A stretch of DNA of 64,000 bases from Alphaproteobacteria bacterium (GTDB lineage: Bacteria > Pseudomonadota > Alphaproteobacteria > RF32 > CAG-239). The DNA lies in NCBI GenBank assembly GCA_017465945.1, contig JAFTVD010000008.1, positions 14,091 to 78,090 on the forward strand, read 5' to 3'. A program made the position numbers and the translations under genes. The notes under the pieces are model-generated. The model was not told where the DNA came from, searched no databases, and worked only from the letters and a program-made list of their open reading frames with translations. Below are positions 49,262 to 58,294 of the stretch, piece by piece (position 1 is the stretch's first letter; each line of letters begins with the position of its first letter).

Positions 49262-50234
49262 TGTTTACAATCCTATTTGGTATAACAATTACTTTTTTAG
49301 GTTTAATTTTGGTAAGTTTTTCTGCGATATTATCTAAAGATTTAGCAATTTTAACCACCTCATCATTATCTAAATCACGTTCAACTTCAATTACCCCACG
49401 CACTTTGCCATTAATTTGAATAGCAATCGTTGCAGAATTTTCTTTAGCAAGTTCTATATCACCACTAGGCCAATTCTCGTTCATAATAAGAGTATTATAA
49501 CCTAACCTTGCCCACATTTCATCTGCTAAATGTGGTGCAAAAGGTGACATCAGTTTTAAAAGTACCTCATAACATATTTGAGGGATTTCTTTTAATTTCG
49601 CTAAATAATTTACATAAGTCATTAATAAAGAAATAGCCACATTAAACTTCAACTGTTCGATTCCTTTACTAATACTTATAATAGTCTTATGCATAATTTG
49701 CAAATCTTTTCTGCTAGGAGTAACAGGAGTAATTTTGTTAAATAATCCAAAAACTTTACCAACAAATTTATGTGCTCCATTTAGACTATCTTCAGACCAT
49801 TTTACATTTTGATTAAATGGCCCAATAAACATCATATATATCCTAAAAGCATCTATTCCATATGCGTCAATCATTTCATTAATATTAATTATATCATCTG
49901 AATATATTGATGTTTTTCTATTATTTACATCTAGCGTATCGCTTCCATTCATTTTCTTATGGCGAGTAATTACATCCAAACCAATATAAAAACGTACATC
50001 ATTTATATTCAATTTAACATCATTGTACAAAAAGTTTGCTAGTGTATAATTCCTCTTTTTCTCAATAGCCGTTTCTGTTTTATATACCCCCTCATCAAAC
50101 CATATTTTATGCCACTTATTTTCAACAGTTTTGAAGTTGTATCTATCTTCTAAATCCCAATCTTTTTTCCATTCTTCAAAACTTTCTTTTCCATTATATC
50201 TGGCACTAACTACCATTTTGGAAATCCCCATCAC
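49251..50234 (-). CDS. LeuRS-derived ORF lacking the catalytic core and editing domain (in-frame relic or repurposed tRNA-binding protein)
   Basis: 327 aa versus ~850 aa for LeuRS. The N-terminal ~70 LeuRS residues are present but the HIGH motif reads NIND. The match then resumes just after the KMSKS position (MIDAYGIDAFRIYMMFIGP). The anticodon-binding and C-terminal domains are intact (IQINGKVRGVIEV..VIPNRIVNIVV). See finding. Confidence 0.7.
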   Translation of the reverse strand: MMGISKMVVSARYNGKESFEEWKKDWDLEDRYNFKTVENKWHKIWFDEGVYKTETAIEKKRNYTLANFLYNDVKLNINDVRFYIGLDVITRHKKMNGSDTLDVNNRKTSIYSDDIININEMIDAYGIDAFRIYMMFIGPFNQNVKWSEDSLNGAHKFVGKVFGLFNKITPVTPSRKDLQIMHKTIISISKGIEQLKFNVAISLLMTYVNYLAKLKEIPQICYEVLLKLMSPFAPHLADEMWARLGYNTLIMNENWPSGDIELAKENSATIAIQINGKVRGVIEVERDLDNDEVVKIAKSLDNIAEKLTKIKPKKVIVIPNRIVNIVV

Positions 50235-50319
50235 TTAATTTTAATCAAATGTTTGCCAATAACTTATCATATCGAAAAAAAAATACAATGATTTTAAATG
50301 TTTTATTTATTTTACTGAT

Positions 50320-51861
50320 TTAATTTTTGGGAACAGCCACAATGTATCTTCCAAATTCTTCAATGTTAAAGTTGTAAAGGAAATATCTATTATTTTTTGT
50401 GGTGATATAAATACAATCATTTGAAATTTTTTCTGTGTTAAGGCCATCCTCAAAACGATAATGCAAAAAACCAGCTGATTCTAGATATGCTTGCGGATAG
50501 TTTCTCCATACACTATGGCGAATATAATCATTCACAGGAATTTTTTGATGCCACAAAACTCTCGGGTAAATAGTATGGCCATCTGTTATTATAATATTAT
50601 ATTTTTTTACTTCTCTTTTACTATTGGCAAATACTAAAGCCTCTTCTAAACCAATAGAAAATTCTTGTTCAGCAAGTTTGTTATAATTGTTAAAATATTC
50701 ATAGCAAAAAAGTATAAAACTACAAAGATATATAGCTATAATAGAGGTAATTATTATCTTTTTCTTGAAAAAAGTAATCCCTAAAACAATTAACCAAACT
50801 AGAGGGAAATATAAAAAATTAAGTCTTGTTGGTGATGGATATATTCCTATTCCATAAATTATTCCAATAATAAGCCATAATACCATCGGTAAATTATAAG
50901 CAATTTTTTTATTTTTTAATTCATAATATAATTTTTGTATCAAAGATATTACCCCTAATATCATAAATAATAAGGAAAACGGATAGAATAGACCAAATTT
51001 AGTGATATAACTATAAATAAAAAAATCTGTTTGCTCTATATATATACTATAAAGGGCTGCCAATTTAATTGGTAAATTATCATATCCCCATTCACTACTG
51101 CGCCAATATAAAAGTTTGGGTACGGATATATATGTACCTCTAATTTCATCAATGTAGCCATAATTAACCAGTAAAAGCAACAAAAGAGGTATATTCAAAA
51201 TGATAAATAAACATCCACTTCCTAAAATATGTAAAAAATTACTTTTATTGATATACCACAAATATCCCATAGAAAATAATGCGATAAAAAAAATAGGAAC
51301 CCATGTTATAGCATAAGAGTATAAAGCAATACTATAAAACAAAACACTTAAATATAAATACTTTATCTTTTTTAATGCTTTTAAATAAAAGTAAAAACCT
51401 GTTAACATACCAAAGGTACAAGCAGAACTTTCTAATCCCCAACGAGATTGAACAATATGCCAAGGAATAATGGCTATAATAAGAAAACCAATAAGAGCAG
51501 TTTTTTTATTATAGCATATCTTAAGTGAACGATAAAAAATATAACAACTTAACACTCCAAGTATAGCTTGAGGTAGTCTTAATACCCATGTTTTAGCATC
51601 TAAAAAATAAAAAAATACTCTCAAAAGATATGAATAAAAGACATTCATTCCACTTCCCCAAGAAATGAAATAAATCGGATTAGTATACCCCCAACTATCT
51701 ATTCCATATTTTGACATTGACCAAGCTTCATAACCAGCAAATGCTTCGTCTTGATTTATTCCACCTGGTATAGAGCCTAAATAAACAAAGCGAGAAATAA
51801 AAACGGTAATCAAAATTACCCAAAATAAAATATCTGCGACATTAAACTTTTTACTCATCAT
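50320..51861 (-). CDS. GT-C fold glycosyltransferase, family 39/83 (ArnT/PMT_2)-like
   Basis: 513 aa polytopic protein: first-loop GGINQDEAFAGYEAWS (DE motif) and VLRLPQAILGVLSCYIFYRSL..IIPWHIVQSR. ATGA overlap with the mlaC-like stop. Confidence 0.65.
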   Translation of the reverse strand: MMSKKFNVADILFWVILITVFISRFVYLGSIPGGINQDEAFAGYEAWSMSKYGIDSWGYTNPIYFISWGSGMNVFYSYLLRVFFYFLDAKTWVLRLPQAILGVLSCYIFYRSLKICYNKKTALIGFLIIAIIPWHIVQSRWGLESSACTFGMLTGFYFYLKALKKIKYLYLSVLFYSIALYSYAITWVPIFFIALFSMGYLWYINKSNFLHILGSGCLFIILNIPLLLLLLVNYGYIDEIRGTYISVPKLLYWRSSEWGYDNLPIKLAALYSIYIEQTDFFIYSYITKFGLFYPFSLLFMILGVISLIQKLYYELKNKKIAYNLPMVLWLIIGIIYGIGIYPSPTRLNFLYFPLVWLIVLGITFFKKKIIITSIIAIYLCSFILFCYEYFNNYNKLAEQEFSIGLEEALVFANSKREVKKYNIIITDGHTIYPRVLWHQKIPVNDYIRHSVWRNYPQAYLESAGFLHYRFEDGLNTEKISNDCIYITTKNNRYFLYNFNIEEFGRYIVAVPKN

Positions 51862-52514
51862 AGCCCCATCATACGTTCTATAGCGTCTTCATTAGCAATA
51901 ATTTTATCATAAAATTTTTCTAAAAACCAATCAATATCTTCACCTTCATCCACAATCATTTGATAAAATCTTTTTCTATATTCGATAACCATACTAACAT
52001 TTGATATTTCAACATCAACAGCTTGAATTTTATCTCTATTGTTTCTAATTAATTTAAATTTAACAGGTATTCTATCAACTTCTAAACCTTCAACAAGTTC
52101 GCCAACATCAACAGAGCATGTAACTGTTGTATAGCGTTCAAACTCGGAAACATTATCTATTGTAAAATCAACATTATCAGTATTAAATTTAAGATTAATT
52201 TGTTTGTAAAGACTTAAAACATATCTCGTAAATAAAGAACTATATCTTCTTTTTTGTTCTTTATTCATTTTTCTAAAATATTTTCCAATAACAAATTTAG
52301 AAATATAATCAAGGTTAACATCCTCTAACATCATTTTATCTAATTTGGCATGCTTCTCAACAATATTGCTCATTCCTAAAATGTTGATTAATTCTTGCCC
52401 TTTGTCATTCGCCCAAATTTTCGCTTCTTGACGAGTTATAGATACATTTTGAGCATTTGTAATTCCAGAAAAAAGTAACAATACCAAAAGTAAAATATTA
52501 AAAAGTTTATTCAT
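51858..52514 (-). CDS. MlaC/Ttg2D-family periplasmic lipid-binding protein
   Basis: Start trimmed to MNKLFNILLLVLLLFSGITNAQ (signal peptide). Core VNLDYISKFVIGKYFRKMNKEQKRRYSSLFTRYVLSLY matches the MlaC-family pattern. Confidence 0.65.
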   Translation of the reverse strand: MNKLFNILLLVLLLFSGITNAQNVSITRQEAKIWANDKGQELINILGMSNIVEKHAKLDKMMLEDVNLDYISKFVIGKYFRKMNKEQKRRYSSLFTRYVLSLYKQINLKFNTDNVDFTIDNVSEFERYTTVTCSVDVGELVEGLEVDRIPVKFKLIRNNRDKIQAVDVEISNVSMVIEYRKRFYQMIVDEGEDIDWFLEKFYDKIIANEDAIERMMGL

Positions 52515-52576
52515 TTTGTCCTCAACAATAAGTTCCATGCAGTAATTATACATAGCACAAATAAAAAAATAATTAA

Positions 52577-54031
52577 TTATTTTAATTCAACCAAATATTC
52601 AAATGAAGTTTTTTTATAAAGAGTGTTGATTATACTAGGAATAAAAACTTGAGAATATTTTGTCTCTCCATAAGTTCTCAAAGCTTTTAAGTCTACATAG
52701 TTTTTCATATAAACAAATTTGGGTTTTTGAGTTAATATCAAATTATTTACATCAACAAGATTTTTTATACTAAATTCTTGTTCCATAACAGGGATAAGCA
52801 TATCAAGACCAAACCAGTAATAACTAGCATCTTTTCTGTATATATTAAAATTTTTATCATATCCGTTCATTAATAAATCATTAGGTGATGAGTTTTCGTG
52901 AACATATTTTGCTAATTGATAGTGCTTAAAACTATCGTGTTTTTCCGATGTTCTTGAAATAGTGTTAAAAATTAAACCTAAATTTAAAAATAAACCAATA
53001 ACCAACAAAATGCTTATAATTTTATATTTTCCTACAATATCCGAAACAGCTCCCGAAACAACAAGCCCTAACAAAATAGCAAGTAAGGTGTAATAGTTAG
53101 GGTGTGGTGCAAAATAAAATCCACGCATTAAAAATTCTGCTACATATAAGATAGATACAATTTTAAAGTAAATATTTTTCTTTTTATAAAAATATAACAC
53201 AACAAATATCCCAAACAAATAAATTGTTGAAAATATATTTTGATACCAAAAAGCGCCTCTTTCAAAATAATATACAAGAGCTTGGTTAAATCTAAAATTA
53301 AGCGAAAAGTATTCAATTCCGGCACCATTTAAGATTATATATGTGAAAAAAAGACAAACTAAAGCAATAGGTGGTATTGCAGAAACTATAACATTTTTTA
53401 ACTTTATTTTTTTTGTAATAATTTGCCAAAGTATAATTAATTCAATAACAATTAAAATTAGGCCAATTTTTTGCAAAAATAAAAGAGATACCGCGAAAGA
53501 TGTAAAGCTTATCACTAAATTTAAAAGTTTTTTATTTTCAATATAACTAAACCAATAGTATATTCCTAATAAAAAGAATAAATTCATATAATTGTCAGGT
53601 CTAAATTGATAAAAATTATAAGCAGTTATAATGTTGCAAAGATAAAAGGAAATTCCAACCAAACCACCACTTTTACTAGTAAAGAACAAAGATATTTTAT
53701 ACATGTATAATAATGTTACGATTGATACTAAAAAACTAATACCTCTTACAACATAAAATACAATAACATCATTATAAAAAAACTTTACAATAGGTGCAAA
53801 AATATACCAAATCAATGGGTGGTGATGCTCAAAAAAATCTCTATATGGAAATAATCCTTCACTAACAAGCCAAGAGGCATGCAAATGTTCAAACTCATCT
53901 ACGATTTGAAATCCAGAAAATATAAGGCCATACAATATAACTAGTAATGCCACAACAATAAAAAGCTTTAACGCATGAATAAAAGCGTTTTCATCAAAAT
54001 CAATTAATTGTTTTTTTATAAAATTCTTCAT
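52577..54031 (-). CDS. GT-C fold glycosyltransferase-like polytopic membrane protein
   Basis: 484 aa: first-loop VDEFEHLHASWLVSEGLFPYRDFFEHHHPLIWY and FRPDNYMNLFFLLGIY, resembling ArnT/PMT_2-type loops. Confidence 0.55.
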   Translation of the reverse strand: MKNFIKKQLIDFDENAFIHALKLFIVVALLVILYGLIFSGFQIVDEFEHLHASWLVSEGLFPYRDFFEHHHPLIWYIFAPIVKFFYNDVIVFYVVRGISFLVSIVTLLYMYKISLFFTSKSGGLVGISFYLCNIITAYNFYQFRPDNYMNLFFLLGIYYWFSYIENKKLLNLVISFTSFAVSLLFLQKIGLILIVIELIILWQIITKKIKLKNVIVSAIPPIALVCLFFTYIILNGAGIEYFSLNFRFNQALVYYFERGAFWYQNIFSTIYLFGIFVVLYFYKKKNIYFKIVSILYVAEFLMRGFYFAPHPNYYTLLAILLGLVVSGAVSDIVGKYKIISILLVIGLFLNLGLIFNTISRTSEKHDSFKHYQLAKYVHENSSPNDLLMNGYDKNFNIYRKDASYYWFGLDMLIPVMEQEFSIKNLVDVNNLILTQKPKFVYMKNYVDLKALRTYGETKYSQVFIPSIINTLYKKTSFEYLVELK

Positions 54032-54069
54032 AAATATGCCAAATCAAATAAATAGAGATAAAGCGGTTT

Positions 54070-55635
54070 TTAAGCCGCTTTTTTCTCTTCATGATAGTCA
54101 GATTCTGTGTTTACAGACCAAACCTCTTCTCTGTTACTTATTTTTCCTAAAATCAAGTCGACAGTTTTCATCGCAGCAAGTGTTGAGTGGTCCATATTAT
54201 TATATCTATGCATACCATTTCTACCTACTAAATACAAATTCTCAATTTCATTAACATAGTTTTTAACTTCATCAAATTTGTCATAAGTGCCAAAATATGC
54301 CGGATATGCTTTTTTTACCTTATGAGTATATGCGTCAACAACGTCATTTTTATCAAAAATTCCAATTTTGTCTGCTTCATCAACGGCAAATTGAATGAAT
54401 TCATCATCCTTATCAGTCCAAATTTTATCATTTTCATTACAGAAATATTCTAGACCAATCCATACCTTATTTTCAAAATCATCAACTAAATAAGGGCTCC
54501 AGTTATTAAATACTTGAACTCTTCCAAGTTTTACTTCTCTTTCTTGTACATAAATCCATGTATCAGGAACAATATTATTTATAGTTTTTATAGGTGTTGT
54601 ATTTTTTAGTTTTAACTTATCTAATAAAACTCCAACAACTCTAAAATCACGATACATTAATCCACTAGCTACTTCTGTGATATTACTTGGAACATCATTC
54701 ATTGCTTCAACCAAGTCTTTAACAGGCATGGTAGAAACAAAAATATCACCTTCGTAAACTTTTTTATTTCCCTTACTATCTGTTGTTTCAATAGCTACAA
54801 TTCTGTTATCTTTTTTAATTACACGTGTAACTTTTTCATTAAATATAATTTCTCCACCTTTTTTTACAACAAGATCAGCCACACTTTGCCACATATGACC
54901 AGGGCCAAATTTAGGATAAAAGAAACTTTCAATAAAACTAGTCTCCACAGCGCCACCTTTTTTACCTGTTAGGCTCTTAAACATTTGCTTTATAACTTTT
55001 AAAATTGAGATTCCTTTAATTCTTTGCGCACCCCATTCTGCAGATATTTTATTACAATCTATACCCCATAATTTTTCAGTATAATCCTTAAAGAATGTAA
55101 GATATAATTCTCTACCAAACCTATTAATCATAAAATCTTCTAACGATTTTTCATCTTTTATAGGGAATACAAGGGCTTTCATATAAGAACACCCAATTTT
55201 AAACATTCTCCATAGGCCTAGCCCCTTTATTGTGTCCATGTTTAGGCTTACAGGATAATTAAAGAAAGTCTTTAAATAATAGATTCTAGATAGCCTATTT
55301 CTTTTAAGCATAACTTTATCTGTTTTTTCAGGGTCGGGAGCTTTACTTTTTTTAGATAACTCAACAACTCTATCAAGTATTATATCATCTTTTGATGGTT
55401 TGCCCTGTAAAGGTAAAATATCTAACCACCAATTCATAACTCTTTCAGATTTAGAAAAGAAACGATGTCCACCCATATCTATTTTATTGTTCTTATAATC
55501 AAGGGTGGCACTAATTCCACCAACAAAATCATTTTCTTCTATGATAATAGGTTTAATATCTGATTGTTCCAATAATTCGTAAGCAGTTGTCAATCCCGCA
55601 GGGCCGGCACCAATAATAATCGCTTTCTTGTTCAT
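54070..55635 (-). CDS. FAD/NAD(P)-binding oxidoreductase (amine-oxidase / UDP-galactopyranose-mutase-like superfamily)
   Basis: 521 aa: N-terminal [19 protein letters not shown] dinucleotide-binding motif, GGISAT..GGHRFF, C-terminal [16 protein letters not shown]. Confidence 0.75.
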   Translation of the reverse strand: MNKKAIIIGAGPAGLTTAYELLEQSDIKPIIIEENDFVGGISATLDYKNNKIDMGGHRFFSKSERVMNWWLDILPLQGKPSKDDIILDRVVELSKKSKAPDPEKTDKVMLKRNRLSRIYYLKTFFNYPVSLNMDTIKGLGLWRMFKIGCSYMKALVFPIKDEKSLEDFMINRFGRELYLTFFKDYTEKLWGIDCNKISAEWGAQRIKGISILKVIKQMFKSLTGKKGGAVETSFIESFFYPKFGPGHMWQSVADLVVKKGGEIIFNEKVTRVIKKDNRIVAIETTDSKGNKKVYEGDIFVSTMPVKDLVEAMNDVPSNITEVASGLMYRDFRVVGVLLDKLKLKNTTPIKTINNIVPDTWIYVQEREVKLGRVQVFNNWSPYLVDDFENKVWIGLEYFCNENDKIWTDKDDEFIQFAVDEADKIGIFDKNDVVDAYTHKVKKAYPAYFGTYDKFDEVKNYVNEIENLYLVGRNGMHRYNNMDHSTLAAMKTVDLILGKISNREEVWSVNTESDYHEEKKAA

Positions 55636-55737
55636 AAAATCCTCTCTTCCTAATAAAGTTATGCAAACAAATTAACAGATAATATATTTTTTTCAATATT
55701 GATATTTTAGGGTGTTAATACTTGAGAGTATAAAAAA

Positions 55738-55756
55738 AGAGTGGCTAGGCCACTCT
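55738..55756. terminator. Palindromic terminator after pgk
   Basis: Perfect 18-nt palindrome GAGTGGCCTAGGCCACTC within AGAGTGGC/GCCACTCT, flanked by an A-run (plus strand upstream) and a T-run. 17 nt past the pgk stop on the minus strand. Confidence 0.8.
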
Positions 55757-55773
55757 TTTTTTAGATTGCAAGT

Positions 55774-56985
55774 TTATTTTTTCATAACTTGAACACCTGG
55801 AAGTTCTTTTCCTTCCATCCATTCTAAGAAAGCCCCACCTGCTGTTGAGATGTATGTAAACTTAGAAGCAACACCAGCGTTCTCTAAAGCTGAAACAGTA
55901 TCACCGCCACCTGCAACAGATGTTAATTTTCCTTCTTGAGTTAATTTTGCAGCATATTGAGCAACAGCATTTGTCGCAGTATCAAAAGGCTTCATTTCAA
56001 ATACGCCCAAAGGTCCATTCCAAACCAATGTTTTGCATTCATCAAGTTTGGCATTGATTACTTCAATAGTTTTTGCGCCAACATCAAGTAAGCTCCAACC
56101 TTCTGCAGGTATATCGCTAAGTTCAACTGTTTTGTGTTCAGCCATTGGTTTGAATTCTTTAGATACAACAACATCTTTAGGTAATACAATTTCGCATCCA
56201 TTAGCTTTAGCTGTAGCCATAATTTCTTTTGCAGTATCTAACATGTCCATTTGAACCAAAGAATTTGCTTCATTAACAGTATCAATGCCACTTGCTTTCA
56301 TAAAGGTGTGAGCCATACCGCCAGAAATAACCAATTTATCAACTTTTTTAACTAAATTGTTCAATAAATCCAACTTTGTTGAAACTTTTGAACCACCAAC
56401 AATAGCAATAAGTGGACGAACAGGGTTGTTTAATCCTGTTGATAATGCGTTAACTTCTTCAGCCATTAATAGTCCCATAGAAGATGGACGTTCTTTAACA
56501 GCGGCAACCATTGAGGCATGTGCTCTATGAGCTGTAGAAAAAGCGTCAGATACATAAACATCGCAAACTTTAACTAATTCTTTTGCAAAAGCTTCGTCAC
56601 CTTTCTTTTCTTCGTTATAGAAACGTAAGTTTTCTAAAAGTAAAACTTCGTCATTTGCCATGTTTTTAACAGCAACTTCTACTTTTTCTCCGATGCAATC
56701 ATCAACGAAAACAACTTTGTTACCTAAAGCTTTCTCTAAATCTTTTACAATATGTGATAAAGAGTTTTTCATATCGCCTTTACCTTCAGGTCTTCCAAAG
56801 TGAGATATAACTACAACTTTTGCTCCTTTTGCCATTAAAGCTTTAATTGTAGGAATAGTTCTATCGATTCTAGCTGTATTTGTTACGTTGAAATTTTCAT
56901 CCATTGGAACATTAAGGTCAGCACGTAACATTGCAACTTTACCATTTAAGTTGCCCAAATCTTCTATTGTTCTATATTCTGTCAT
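55774..56985 (-). CDS. pgk: Phosphoglycerate kinase
   Basis: Start trimmed to MTEYRTIEDL (GAGGGAAA RBS). RADLNVP, SHFGRP and GGGDT motifs. Confidence 0.93.
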   Translation of the reverse strand: MTEYRTIEDLGNLNGKVAMLRADLNVPMDENFNVTNTARIDRTIPTIKALMAKGAKVVVISHFGRPEGKGDMKNSLSHIVKDLEKALGNKVVFVDDCIGEKVEVAVKNMANDEVLLLENLRFYNEEKKGDEAFAKELVKVCDVYVSDAFSTAHRAHASMVAAVKERPSSMGLLMAEEVNALSTGLNNPVRPLIAIVGGSKVSTKLDLLNNLVKKVDKLVISGGMAHTFMKASGIDTVNEANSLVQMDMLDTAKEIMATAKANGCEIVLPKDVVVSKEFKPMAEHKTVELSDIPAEGWSLLDVGAKTIEVINAKLDECKTLVWNGPLGVFEMKPFDTATNAVAQYAAKLTQEGKLTSVAGGGDTVSALENAGVASKFTYISTAGGAFLEWMEGKELPGVQVMKK

Positions 56986-57066
56986 TAAATTTTCCCTCAA
57001 ATAAAAAAATCCCTGCGTCAAGTTTGGCACAATAATTTGTGTTAAACCATAACGCAGGGTAAAAGA

Positions 57067-58146
<1,080 letters not shown>

Positions 58147-58241
58147 TCACTTTTTCATCAATTTTCAAGTTAAATTTAAAAACAATGGTTTGCTTGGGGA
58201 AAGTTATCCACATTTTTAAAGTAAAAATAGAAAATTATTAT

Positions 58242-58270
58242 AAAAAAAAGTACCGATTTTATTCGGTACT
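58242..58270 (-). terminator. Rho-independent terminator after the 1138-aa gene
   Basis: AGTACCGA (58249..58256) / TCGGTACT (58263..58270). The minus-strand transcript ends in a U-run (A-run 58242..58248 on plus). Confidence 0.8.
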
Positions 58271-58294
58271 TTAAGGATAATATGTGAAAAAAAG

